In this document: piece by piece, positions 1 through 17,572 of the stretch | Layout of the letters: the number at the start of each line of letters is the position of its first letter | How positions within the stretch are numbered: position 1 is the first letter of the stretch | Assembly: GCF_009914755.1 (NCBI RefSeq) | Contig: NC_060942.1 | Origin: the human T2T-CHM13v2.0 reference genome, Homo sapiens | Reading direction: 5' to 3' (one strand) | DNA: 64,000 bases | Translations under genes and position numbers: made by a program | Notes under the pieces: model-generated | Seen by the model: only the letters and a program-made list of their open reading frames with translations | Database searches by the model: none | What the model was told of the DNA's origin: nothing

Positions 1-309
1 GCTCGGAATATTGCATCTCTTGCACCTTGAGTCTATTAATCTTGAGACTAACACGAGTTACATGGTTCTCATTCTATGCCCTTAAAGAATACAACAGAAA
101 GGAGGTGAGGAAAGAAGGGAATTCAGTCAAGAGTGTCTAATTGGAACCTTTCAGCAAACATTTTTTGGGGTGGTACTAAAGTCAAGAAATAAATAACTTT
201 ATTAAAATGATATTTTATTTATTGGATTAAAAACTTTGATATGTCAGACTCAGGAATATAGGTAATAGTCTGAAAAACCAATAAAAGATTATCATTCTAG
301 TAGAAAAAT

Positions 310-1000
310 AAAATTGGCCCAAAACCACATAGAAAGATATTTAACCTCAACAGTAGTTGAAAATAATAAAAAATAGTAAATGGAAATGCTATTTTTCACC
401 TAACCGATTCTAAACATGAAAAGTGAAGGATGATAACTAGTACTTTTTAGGAAGGGTGAAACAGAGTATAAATGGGTATAAGTTTTTTGAAGGGCAAATT
501 CGCAAATCATGTCAAAATTATAGGAAAAAATATATATTGACTTAGTAAGACCTCTTTTTAGAATTTATCCTCAGGAAGCATTATATACTTATAAAAATGT
601 TTACACAAAAATATTCTTGTCAAAATTTTAACATATTGAAAATTGGAAACTAAGTTTCCTACAATATGTATTGATTTGCTAAATATGTTACATGGGTTTA
701 TACAGTAAAAGTTGCTACAACTATTTCACATGAAATATACATGTGTATTTACTGTCATAGAAAGGAATTTACAGTGTTAATTTTGAAATAGCAACTTGTT
801 AACTGAAAAATATTTTCCTCAAAAATACGAATATAATCTATTTAAAAATTATGTTTTACAAGAAAATGTTTAGAAGTATATATAGCAGAATGTCAATAGT
901 TATCATCTCTGGATGATAGGATTTTAGGTAACCTCGTATTTGCTCATCTACATATTTTCAGCTTTCTAAATGTGTATTTGTGTAATGAGAAACATGGAAA
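310..1000 (+). mobile_element. Ancient L1ME-type 3' fragment
   Basis: Degenerate L1 3' motifs (TAGAATTTATCCTCAGGAA, AAAATTGGAAACTAAG, AATGTCAATAGTTATCATCTCTGGATGATAGGATT); boundaries approximate. Confidence 0.6.
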
Positions 1001-1585
1001 GTATATAACAGGACAACAAAAAAGATACATAGTTTATTTAATATTTTATTAGATAACCTGAGTATAGATACAATTTAACTGTGAATAATTCTAAGTTAAT
1101 TTTTCTTCACTTGTCATTTGATATTCTTTGTCTTCCCCTGTATCTAAGAGAAATACTATAGTATATTAAGCAAAGTAAAGGAGCAGATGTGGATGAAAAG
1201 TCTGTAATAAATTCCATGTGCAGAAGCTATGGAGTACATCTACAATGGTGTGTTGGCCAATTCAGCACTCAATTAACAGAAAATTTGCAATCTGGTCTAA
1301 ATAAGTGTCCAAATAAAATGGTAATATGCCTTACACTGCCTCATAACTAAAAATGAAATTTCTTAAAAATGATGAATAGAAGGAATCCTTTAAATTTCAA
1401 CTTTTCTTTCAACTCTCAGTGGGGCCAGAAAATAATTTTAATAACAACACACAGCTAGTATTTCATATAGAAATGGAATCATGCCCTAATTCTGTCATGA
1501 AAGGATGCAATGCTTCTGTGGCCCTTTGTCTGGTGAATTGACCAAAATCAGACTTCAATTCGGTCATTTATTCTGGTCAATTCAC

Positions 1586-1900
1586 AAGCATATAATGAAT
1601 GCCTCTGACATGCACAGTACTGTTTTAGACCCTAAAGGAGGATTGACGTCTTGGTCATAGTCATTGTCAACAAGGAGTTAGGAACTAATTTGAAATTAAG
1701 ACTTACCTATGAAACAGTGTGTAGTGATAATGAGGTGTATGCCTTTATACTTCTAGACTACTGGTGCAAACACTTAACAAGTGGTCAAGGAAGGAAGTGG
1801 GGAGAAGCTTGAGTGAGTCAGGACTCAAAGGATAAACTGGACTTAGAGATATGGAATGGAAGGGGAAAAGCCAGTCCAAAGAGAACATGGTCACGTGAGG
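1586..1900 (-). mobile_element. L2 3' fragment
   Basis: Resembles the reverse L2 tail (GAATGCCTCTGACATGCACAGTACTGTTTTAG); a second L2 tail lies at about 2095-2200. Confidence 0.5.
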
Positions 1901-2905
1901 AGTGAAACATTTTCTCTTTAAACTATGTCTTAGTTTAGTTCTATGAAAATATATGATGTGGGAGCTCCAAATTTAATGTTGACCAAGCTGGTTTTTCCCT
2001 TGGACTGCTGAATTGACAGGTAGAGGAAGGGTATTCAGGGATAAAAAGTAATGTAAATGGTTGACTTTAAGATGAATTACTTACTGTGTTATGTTTTATT
2101 CATTCAATAAACGTATTTACTGAATGTCCGACGTGCCCCAGGAATTGCGCTCTGCAGTGGCACTGCAATGGTAAACAGAAGATAGTTCTTTACTCCTGTA
2201 AAACTATTAAGAATATGATTCTGATAAAGCTTTTCATGACTGCATTCATCTTTCACTGCATACATATAAAATGCAGTTTATTCTTAGAACACAGTTTCAG
2301 TAAAATAAAAATTAATAAAAATGTATTTTATCTGGTAATGTCTTTCCAATGAGTCCATTAGAGAAATAATAAATATGACTACATATTTTTTGCAAGTCTG
2401 TATTTTAGCCGTATAATGTGGTGTGATGGCTCTCAACTATTTTTTTAATAGGCTCCACAGGCTCATAGTGAGAAATATATTTTACATCAGGTCTCAGCAC
2501 ACCCACTTCCCACACACAAACACACACACACAAATAAAACAAAACTTTTATAAGAAATAAAAAAGTGAAATGATAAAGTGTGGGGAAAGATGGACTCTTT
2601 AATAAACTGTATTGGGACAACCTGTTATGCATATGGAAAAAAATGAATTTGTCCTTACTTTACCCCACACATAAAAATTAACTCTCATGATATTAGAACT
2701 TGCAAAATGAAAAAAAATCAGCACTCTAAGTTAGAGGGAATAAAGAAAAGTGTATGAGTGAACTGAGTTGCAGAAGATTTCTTAACACACGAAAAGACAC
2801 ATCCTAAACCGGAAGTAGAAAAAATGAGCAGCCTTCAAATTAAAACACATAAATAAACAAACTTGAGTATATCAATTGATAAAATGCAAAAAGAAAGGAC
2901 AAACA

Positions 2906-3267
2906 TGTCCACTGAATAAAACAGTTTTGTCCCCTCCTACAAAATTCATATGTCGAAGCCCTAACCCCAAATATAATGGTATTTGGAGGTGGGGTCTTTG
3001 AGGAGTAACTGGGTTTTGATGAGGTTTGGGGCCCCTTGATGGGATTAATGCCCTTATAAGAAAAGGAGACTCCAGAACTTTTCCCTCTCTGCCATGTGAG
3101 GAAACAGGGAAAAGGTGGTCCTCCGCAAGTCAGGAAGTGGGTCCTCACAAGAACCAAATCTGCTAGTACCTTGAGTTTAGACTTCAGAACTGTGAGAAAT
3201 AAATGCCTGTTTTTTAAGCCCTACAATCTATGATATTTTGTTATAGCAACCTGAGCTGACTAATACG
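2906..3267 (+). mobile_element. MaLR solo LTR, MLT1A-type
   Basis: AAAATTCATATGTCGAAGCCCTAACCCC...GAACTGTGAGAAATAAA...CTGAGCTGACTAATAC. Confidence 0.85.
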
Positions 3268-3995
3268 TATTGCTTATAACCAGCTAGCATTAAAATGCAA
3301 AATATATAAAGATTTCTTCAACTTACAACAGTAGCAACAATAACAAAAGCCTTTCTATAAAAAAAGGAGAAAAAAGATGAACAGGTGATTTACAGAAAAT
3401 AAACTCACAAAAATGCCAACAAATACATAAAACATTCTCAACTTCACTCACTATTGGGCAAATGAAAGCTAAAACTACAGTAAGATGGCATTTCATAACT
3501 ATTAGTTTGGTAAAGCCAGTTTGACCATAGAGATATTGCTTAAAATGTGGTATATGTGAACTCTCACACATTGCTGGTGTAAAGATAAATTGTACAAACG
3601 GCCCATTTGGGAAGAAATTTGGCCAAATGTAATGCTAGAGATACTCTTGCTTATATCTGTATGTAGACCTATAAAAAACTTTTATTTCGTCATAAAAGCA
3701 AAATGTGGGAAACAACCTAAAGGCCTATCGATAGGAGAATGAATAATTAAATAATGGAACATCAAGCCTAGGAACAGTATGCACAAGTTAAAATGAATGA
3801 ACTAGAGGTATATGCATTATTGAAGGTAAATCCCACAGAATAACTCCAAGTGATAAAAGCAAATCAAGAATACGTAAAGAATAATATTTACATGCATATT
3901 TAAAATATGCTTATTGTACTATATTTTATATGAACACCAACATATTTATTATAAATGCATGACAAACCTTAAATCAGGAGATTGGTTACTGCTTA

Positions 3996-4556
3996 TGTGA
4001 GAGGACCCTGAGATCATCCTCAAACTTGACGATTTGCTAGAACTCAGAACTCAGTTTTTACACTTATGGTTTATTACACAGAGAGGATACAGATAAAAAT
4101 GAGCAAAGAGTAAAGGCCTATGAGGAGATGTCCAGGAGAAACTAGGCACAGGCCCCCAGGTGTCCTCTTCCAGTGGAGTCATGTAGATGTGCTTAATTTT
4201 CCCGGCTGTAATGTACGACAACACACGTGGAGTGCTGTCAACAGGGAAGTTCACTTGAGCCTTAGTAAGTGCATGAGCCACTGCAGTGATGACCTCAGCT
4301 ACTCAGATTCCAGCTCCCCAGGTGAAAAACAAGTTCTTACTATAAGTCATATTGTTAGCATCAACTATCTGATCTTACTGGTATACCTGGCTCAAGGCCT
4401 CAGGAATAAAAAAAACACTCTTACGAGGAAGAATATGCCAAGGGCTCAGACCTTACCTTCCAAGGAGCTTACTAAGGGCCAGACCTGAAGACAAGTCTTT
4501 CTTGAGAGTGTACAGGGTTTGAATTCAGGCCTGTCCAGTTAATCTTTTCCTGCATA
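3996..4556 (-). mobile_element. MER21-type solo LTR (MER21C-like)
   Basis: Terminal CAGTTAATCTTTTCCTGCATA resembles the reverse complement of the MER21 start; GTTTATTACACAGAGAGGATACAGAT region. Confidence 0.75.
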
Positions 4557-5169
4557 AGCTGGAGAGGCTAGAAGGAGGCTGGGAATGGCAAAAAGAACAA
4601 AGAGGACTTCAATGTAGAATGCAATTTATTTCTTATACTGGGATGGGTGGGTAAATAAGTGTCCATTATGTAATTCTTTGGACACTTTTATCCTAATTGC
4701 ATAAAAATATAAAAAGTCAATATACTAGGGGAGTATCACTTCATACAGATTCCTCTAAAAAACAGTTAAGATAAATTAATAAAGGAATTTTTACAAATGA
4801 TAAAAAAATAGCTACAAAATGCATGTGGCTTTGGCCTGGAAATAGTACACCCTATCAAAGACTAAATTTTCTTAATGAAAACAATGCCAGAGCTTTTTTC
4901 ATGATATTTTGTTTTTAGAGATGGGGAACAATCTGGACGTTGTTTCCTTATCTGGGTGGTAATCGAGGCTTAGCAATTTCCCACAGCGTTACACAAATCC
5001 AGATTATTCCACATTTTGCAAATATGTCTTATTCTTTTTTGCCCTTTGGGTGAGTATTGCTTTTTGTTTTCATTCCATGATCCTCCTTTTGTTGACCGTG
5101 ACTCCTGCTGCTACTTTAAGACTCATAAACACAACCGTCTCTGTGAAGTGTTCCACTACCACTAACCCA

Positions 5170-5390
5170 ATAACAACTACTAGTGTTTATTGATGCCACA
5201 GAGCATTCTAAAGGTTTCCCAAGCACTAAGTACTTGAACTTTCATGATACCCAATGACGTAAGTATGATCCTCATCTTATCAATGAGGGAACTCAGGTAC
5301 CTAGAAGTAAAGACATTTAGCCAGGGTCACACAATTAGTAAATGAAGAATGAAGGATGGGACCTGGCTGTAGAACCACAGTCTGTGTGTC
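5170..5390 (-). mobile_element. MIR
   Basis: CATCTTATCAATGAGGGAACTCAGG...CCAGGGTCACACAATTAGTAAATG core. Confidence 0.7.
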
Positions 5391-7545
5391 TAACAAGAAG
5401 CTTTGCTGCTCCGTGGCTCTCCTCTCCTTCAGGATTGTGCTTTTACTGTGCCTTGTATGTAACTTCATTGTTGCATTTGTGGATTGATGGATGTCTCCTT
5501 CCCCAAGCAATGTTTTTGAGGTCCTACAGAATCTGTATTTCCTAGCAAAGACCCAGTATAGAATAGGAGTTAAAAACATTTAATAAATTACTCATGAGAC
5601 TATAGAATGTAGATTTTATTAGGATGTATACTTAGGTGTAAAAAACTAATGTATAGGAAATTTCAGAATAGAAATACTGGGAGGAGGAAAAAAAGACCTT
5701 TAAATTCCTTTGTTTTATTCATATTTCAGTAAGAATGATAAATGATGAAGCAAAAGTATATAAGCTACTCCTGTGTGTTTATTTGAGTATTTTTCAGGGA
5801 AACATATGTCAATGTAGATGTTACAGTAGTGAATGAAAAATCTAGAATTGTGCTTTCATTTTATTTTTCTTAATCAAAGGGATTAATATTTAATCATATT
5901 TTGATGTTTATAATCATTCATAATACATATTACAGACTCACATGTGTTCATTTCTGTTCATTTTATAAAGACATACCTGTATCTTTTATTGTCATTAGCA
6001 AAGCCATTTTCACATTCTATAGGAAAGAATTACCTATAGATCACCGTAAAAAACAAAACAAAACAAAAAAAACCCAAAAACAGTTTACCAAGTTAGTTCC
6101 TCTTCTAAATTGTTGAATTGTATTGATGGTAAGAAGAAGAAATATCTGGTATGCTGTCCGAGCGAGACCTAGTTCCTTTTAACTTACCATGTTTTAAGGG
6201 GGTTGCCAAAGAGGGTGCTGGCTTTTGACAAAATAGCCTTTATCCTTATTTCTTAAATTCAACCTCTATAACAATTTACTGCTTCAATATTTTGCTTGTT
6301 TTTTCTTTCTTTCACATTAAACATTTTACCTGCTTATATCCTTCAATTTGGGGTTTATTTGACTTCCACGGCCAAGGAAATGACCCTTTCTTACGTTAAA
6401 TCTTGGCCATAGCAATCCAAGTTAACAAATCCATTTCCAAGCAGATCAGGAGGGGGACATGAATCAAAACAATAAACGTGTGAGGCTGAACCACTGACTT
6501 TTATTTTTCTTGTTTTTAGATTCAACACTGTTACAGAAAATAAAAACCCAAGCCCTTGGTATCGAAATTAGTATTGGAAGGAATTTTTTATAATAAAAGT
6601 TCCCTGTGAGTAGGTGCATCGAGTTACTGTTCAAAAGGGAACGTTTTCTTTGCATTGTAGCAAGCATATGGAAACCTTCACCAAGGAAATAGATATCATC
6701 TTCTATCAGCCCACCCTAAACGAAAGCAAGCAAGCAAGCTTAAAATTGGTAGAAGAGTTGATTTCGCTACATGTTTATGTTAATAGGGTATTTGACTTTT
6801 GAATGCTTCATAAACCTTGTTATGCTCTGTGCTATTTGAGGAGTAAAACAGCTGGAACACTGCCAGAAGCCTTAATTGGAATCAGCTTAGCAGGGGCTGA
6901 CAAGGTTTCCTAGTGTTTAGTTTCAAACTTATTATAAAAATGCAAAATTATGTGCTATTTATTTTCTATTCCTCTTTGGTTTATGCCCGTAAAGGTAAGA
7001 CTTAGCTGCATTAAGGAATAAACTCATTTCTCTCTTGTCTGCCCCAGGCTAGTACTCAAGAGTCAGGCAGCCTGGGTATTGTCTCTTCTAATTAGCTGTG
7101 GCCTCACTTCTTATGCGACAGAGAATGTCATGGGGCTCCTTCCCCCATGCGTTTCGATTATTGGCTAAATGATCGCTCAAATGGCCAATCTGTGGTCGAG
7201 TTACTGAGCTGTGTGGTCCATCTGTCACCAATCTAGTGAGTAAGGCCACAGAAATATGTTCAAAAATGGCTTTGGGGGGCTCTTAGTTTTCTCCTACCAA
7301 AGGGTCACATTTGCTCTTGGTCAAATATCGCAAGCAGGCTCTTGGTTTTATTTCAAGCTATGAGAAGTAGATAAGTTTTTTGCTTTCTGCCAAACTTTAG
7401 AGAAGTCATGCTTTTTATTTTGTTTTTTGGTTGGACTTTTCAGCTTCAATTGGCTCTAGTGTTTCAACTCGTTTATATCCCTTACTATACTGTTGCCTGA
7501 CATGGACAAAATAGTCCAGTTCCTTTAAAAAAAAAAAAAATCATA

Positions 7546-7909
<364 letters not shown>

Positions 7910-8999
7910 CTAATGACATCAATAGATGAATAACACATAGTTCCTGTCTCGACATTGTTACAATCTTTTTGGGATGAAACAGAAATTTGATCAGATTATT
8001 TAGAATTAGTGATGAGTGAACTGTGAGTCAAAATGTTGTCTGTTCAGCTGGCCCAGAGGCAGCCAACCCCAGCTTTTCAGTAAAAGGTCTGCAAGGACAC
8101 AGAAAAGGATGCAAACTCAGCCTAAAGCTGAGATAGATAAAACCTAGTGCTAAATTCTGAAAGGAATTTTCTGTTCTTATAAGGAACTGGGTTGAGAAAA
8201 GAATGTCTACTTTTTACGTCAAACCACGCACTCTACTTTTGCTCTGTGGGAAAGACATTGCTCTAAAATGAGACAGAGGTGCTTTACTTAATCCTCAGCC
8301 TCTCTCCCTAGCTCTGCAAAATGTTGGATGGAAGGGCCACCTGGGCATCCTTGCCTTGTTACTGATCTTAGGAGGAAAGCATTCAGTCTTCTGCCATTAA
8401 GTGTTATGTTAGCTGACACACTTTTGTAAATGTTCTTTATCAAGTTGAGAAAGTTCCCTTCTATTCCTAGTTTACTGAGATTTTTATAAAGTACAGATGT
8501 TGGATTTCTGTTAAATTCTTTTGCTACATCTATATAGATCATGAGATTTTCTTTTTTAGTTTTGTTAAATATGATGAGTTACACTGATTGATTTTTGGAT
8601 GTTAAATCAGCATTGCATTCCTGGGCTAAATCCAGTTGTATGCTTTGGGTTTTATTTATTCTTCTTATTCTGGTTTCTTAAGGTGGTCTTTGATTTGAGA
8701 TCTTTTCTTTTCTTCTAATATAAGAACCTAATGAATTTCCCTCTAAGTCCTGCTTTAGTGTTGTTCTACACATTTTGATAAGCTATGTTTTCATTTTTGT
8801 TAGGCTCGAAGCACTTTCTAGTTTCTTTTCAGCTTTTCACTTTGACCCACAGGTTATTTTGTTTCAAAATATCTGGGAATTTACCAGATGTTTTTATATT
8901 ATGCATATCCAATTGAATTTCTAATTTAATTCCATTAGTGTCAAAGAACGTACTTTGTATGAGTTGAATCCTTCTAAATTTATTAAAAGTTATTTTATG

Positions 9000-9303
<304 letters not shown>

Positions 9304-9316
9304 AAAAGTTATTTTA

Positions 9317-9614
9317 GGCCGGGCGCAGTGGCTCATGCCTGTAATCCCAGCACTTGAGGAGGCCGAGGCAGGTGGATCACGAGGTCAGGAGATCGAGATC
9401 ATCCTGGCTAACACGGTGAAACCTCGTCTCTACTAAAAATACAAAAAATTAGCTGGTCATGGTGGTGGGCGCCTGTAGTCCCAGCTACTCAGGAGGCTGA
9501 GGCAGGAGAATGGTGTGAACCCAGGAGGCGGAGCTTGCAGTGAGCTGAGATTGGGCCACTGCGCTCTAGCCTGGGCGACAGAGCGAGACTGCGTCTCAAA
9601 AAAAAAAAAAAAAA
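9317..9614 (+). mobile_element. AluY
   Basis: GATCGAGATCATCCTGGCTAACACGGTG and GGCGGAGCTTGCAG; poly-A tail. Confidence 0.9.
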
Positions 9615-11054
9615 TATGGTTTATCTTGGTAAACATTCTCTAAGCTCTTTAAAAGAATGTATATTCTATTGTTACTTAGTGGAATGGTCGGTTAGTGTCA
9701 ATTAGGTCATGATGTTAAGTCTTCCATATTCTTACCGATTTGCTATTCACTTGTTCTATCAATGTTTGAAAGAGAGGTGCTGAAGTCTTTGAAATAATTA
9801 ATTTTTCTATTCATTCTTGCAGTTCTATCAGTTTTTGCTTCATGTATTTTGAAGCTCTGTTATTAGGTATATAAAGTTAATGACTTTTACATGTTCTTGA
9901 TGATTTGACTCCTTTATCCATTTGAAAAGACCAGCTTTAGCTCTGGTATGAACTTTTGCTATGCAATTGACTTTTCTGATCTTAATATATGTATTGTAGC
10001 CTTTTTTGATTAATGATAGCATTATATATATATATATATATATGTTTTTTTTTTTTCTGTTGTTTGACTTGTAAACTTTTTGGGCTAGAAGAAGAAATCC
10101 AAAGGGAAATTAGAAAGTATTTTAAACTTAATGAAAATGAAAATATATCAAAATGTGTGAAGAAGTCTAAAGGAGTACTTAGAGGAAAAATGTGTTAAGT
10201 GCCTATATAAACATAAATACCTATATGAATGTAAGGACCATTTTGGGCCTTTATATTTAAATTGAGTTTTTAGGCATTGTGTAAGTGGGTCTTGCTTGTT
10301 TATCTAATCTGACAACCTCTGCTTTTGATTGAGATTTATAAATGATTAATATTGAATGTGATTTTTACATGGTTGTAAGTCTACGATATTTTTATTTGCT
10401 ATTTTTTCACCCATTTTTATTTTCCCTTTTTTTGGCTTTCTTGTGAATGATTTCAATATATAACATAATTCCAATTTATTTTCTTTATTGGCTTCATAAT
10501 CATATTTCTGTTGCATTTTTTAGCGTTTAAAAGTTTATGGTATGCATCTTGTATTTATAAAGTATGCCTTCGAAAGGTATTATACCACATAATGTATAGT
10601 AAAAGACCCTGCAGCAGTGTATGTTTATCTCTTCGCTCATGGATTTCATGTTACTGGTGCCATATGTTTTATTTCTACATATTATAAACCATATTATAAA
10701 ATAATATGCATTATTATTTATGCCTTTAGTAATCAATTATCTTTTAAAGGAAATCTTTATCTGCTCTTGTAGTCAATGTTCCTTATTTCTTTTTGTAGAT
10801 CCAAATTTCCATAGTTTCATTTTCCTTTTCAAATGACCTCTTAACTTTTCTTAGAATGCGTATAAGGTAGTGATGAATTCTTTCAGCTTCTGTAAATTTT
10901 TAAAAATTTTAATTTGCCTTTATTTTTGAGAGATGTTTTTACTGGATTTACATTGTTTCTGATAAAATTGCTCTCATTCTTATATCAGTTCTTCTGTACC
11001 AAAGACTTGTTTTTTTAAATGGTTGCTTGTGAGATTTTATCCTTATGTTTCAGC

Positions 11055-11188
11055 TTTATTTTATTTTATTTTAGAGATGGGGTTTCACCATATTGCCTAG
11101 GCTGGTCTGGAACTCTTAGACTCAAGCACTCCTCCAAGTCTTGGCCTCCCAAAGTGCTGGGATTACAGGTGTCAGCCCAGACCTGGCC
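11055..11188 (-). mobile_element. FLAM_C / Alu monomer
   Basis: Single left-arm monomer with (TTTTA)n tail, flanked by the direct repeat TGTTTCAG. Confidence 0.8.
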
Positions 11189-11649
11189 TGTTTCAGTATT
11201 TTGATTATGCTGTGCCTTGGTGCACTTTGCTTCATGTTTTTGTGCTTGACCTTCACAGATATGTGAATTTATAGTTTTCAGCAAATTTCGAAATATTTTA
11301 GCAATTACATTTTCAAATATTTTTTCTCCCATCCCTTCCTCCATCCTGTTTGATTTCAAATACATTTTTATGAAGCCTCTTAAAGTTGTGCCACAGCTTA
11401 CTCATGTGGTCCTTTTTTTTCCCAGTTAGTTTTCTCTGTTTTATCTTAGACCATTTCCATTGCTATGCCTTCAAATTCATTAATTTTTTTTTTCTGCAGC
11501 GTCTTTTCTGCCTTTAATCCCAGTGTATTTTTCATCTCAGACATTATAGTTTTCATCGCTAGAGGTTTGATTTAGATTATTTTAGTATTATCCATGTCAC
11601 TATTTAACATGTCCCTTCTTTCCCCTTGCTTTTTGAACCCATAAGCTCC

Positions 11650-12400
11650 TATGGGTTCCCATATCTGCTGTCTTATTGCCAATTACTCCAGATTCCCAAT
11701 CTGGCCATATCTTCAGTGAATTCCTTGTTTATCCAATAGTCCCCATCTTCTCTTGCCCACTCACAGATGTCATTCTAACAATTTTCTTCTGTCTTTCTCC
11801 ATCATATATTTTTTACTCTTTAATGGGTGATTCATACCAGCATGAAATCATGTTACTGTTTCTTCCATCTTGAAAGAAAAAAGTTATTTCTTCTCTTTGC
11901 AGTGAAACTTAACAAAAGAGCCCATTTTGTATTTTTTTTTTCTCTAAAGCCTTGCCCCTTTTTCTCTTTTGACTGCCCTCCAGTCAGGCTTTTGAACTAC
12001 CAACTCACAAGAAACTGCTCTTGACAAGGGAATGAATGACTTCCACATTGCTGACTCTAATGGACTCTTCCTGTCTTGCATTTTTCCTGATGCATCAGCC
12101 CCATTTCACACCAGCGTTCATTCCTTCTTTCCTGATACATCTTCCTCATTTGGATTTCACGACACTGTGCTTTCTTGATTTTCTTCCTACTCAACCATCA
12201 CTGTGTCTAATTCGTCTTTTCTGGTTCCTGTAGCCTTTTCCTGACTTCTAATGTTTGTATCCTCCAGGGTCCTTGGTCTTCTTCTTTTCACTCTTTATGC
12301 TTACTATCCCTAATTTCATCCAAGGCAACATCTATATTCTGACAAGTCTCCAAAGCTTATGCCCCAACAAAACATCTTACTGAACTCCAATCTCATCTAT
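11650..12400 (+). mobile_element. L2 ORF2 (RT) remnant
   Basis: CTCCAGTCAGGCTTT...GAAACTGCTCTTGACAAGG..AATGAC...CAGCCCCATTTCACAC corresponds to the QSGF/ETAL/AAFDT RT motifs of L2. Confidence 0.7.
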
Positions 12401-13718
12401 GCAATGTAGGTCAGTGGTGGAAGGGATAGAGTGGAGCACCTTTGCTTCACACAGTTACTCAGAAACCCAGGCTGATGGAAGCTGCACCATCTGCAAATGA
12501 ATAAAAAACTGGAGAGTCATGACCTACGTCTTCTGCTTCAGCCCAGAGGTGACATACGTCATATGAATAATCATATCGTCTCACATATCGGCAAGGAGGT
12601 TGAAAAATGTGGGAGGATTATGGATATTCAATGAGCACATGATATACTGCTATATCAGAGTATAGGTGATGCTATATTTATACGAAAGATGGTGTGTGGT
12701 TCTATATTTATGGGCATCACCCTTAGACAATAGAAAACTGTTTGAATTCATGCTTTGTCTTTTTCTATATTTTCTATTTGTTATAATGAACTAATAATTC
12801 ATTTGTTATAATGAATTATTTTTGTAATTGGAAAAATGTCAATTTTTGATTCTATAACTGAAAACAAGTGTTATTTGGGTTTGAGTGTGGCAGCCTTCTG
12901 TGCAAGTTAGGACTTAAGGAAAGGGATGAGGAAGAGAGAGGCATGGAGGGAATTGAAATAGAATGGACAAACAAGATGGAGAAGATTTACCAGAGAGGGA
13001 AATGTGAAAGCCATTGGTAAAAAAAATTTCATGGAAAAGAAACTAATTTTCAGAAGAATCCCTAGCTCAATAAGGGAGGGTGAGGGAAGGAATAAAACAA
13101 ACTTGAGAGATAGATGTGGGGGCCTCAGCCAGGTGTGGCTTGCCTCCTGGGGAAGGTGTATCATGACAAATGCAAAGAAATTGTTCACTAAAGTGAAGAA
13201 GTAGAAATAGAAAGAAAACGGTGGTTACAAAAATGGGGCTGCAGAGATGGGCAGAAAATACTTTACAGAAGCTCAAACATGCTGAGCTGTTATTCCACAC
13301 TGCAAGGAAAGCCAGGAATTGATATAATCTCAGTATTGCTAAGGAGCAAATATATATGCATGCTGCTGGCCTTAAGAGAGATGTGCTATCCTATAAAGCA
13401 CTATGTATTTAAGAACAAACCTATGTAAGCAGTGTGAAAAGTGAATTGGTCTTAGGATGATATTTGTATATGCAGAGGGGGATGTAAATGTTATTTGAAT
13501 TTTTATTTTTTTTATTATACTTTAAGTTTTAGGGTACTTGTGCACAACGTGTAGGTTAGTTACATATGTATACATGTGCCATGTTGGTGTGCTGCCCCCA
13601 GCAACTCGTCATTTAACATTAGGTATATTTCCAAATGTTATCCCTCCCCCCTCCCCCCACCCCACAACGGTCCCCGGTGTGTGATGTTTCCCTTCCTGTG
13701 TCCATGTGTTCTCATTGT

Positions 13719-17509
<3,791 letters not shown>

Positions 17510-17572
17510 TATGATGTTAGATGGTAATTTTGCTCATTAGTTGATGCAGTTGCTTCCTAGCCTCGAAGGTCT

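Larger units (their letters stand above)
2580..4720 (+). mobile_element. Ancient L1M(E) ORF2/3'UTR remnant interrupted by two LTRs
   Basis: GGACTCTTTAATAAACTGTATTGGGACAAC...ACATAAAAATTTAACTC and GGGAAACAACCTAAAGG match L1 ORF2 3' motifs; continues on both sides of the MLT1A and MER21 insertions. Confidence 0.7.
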
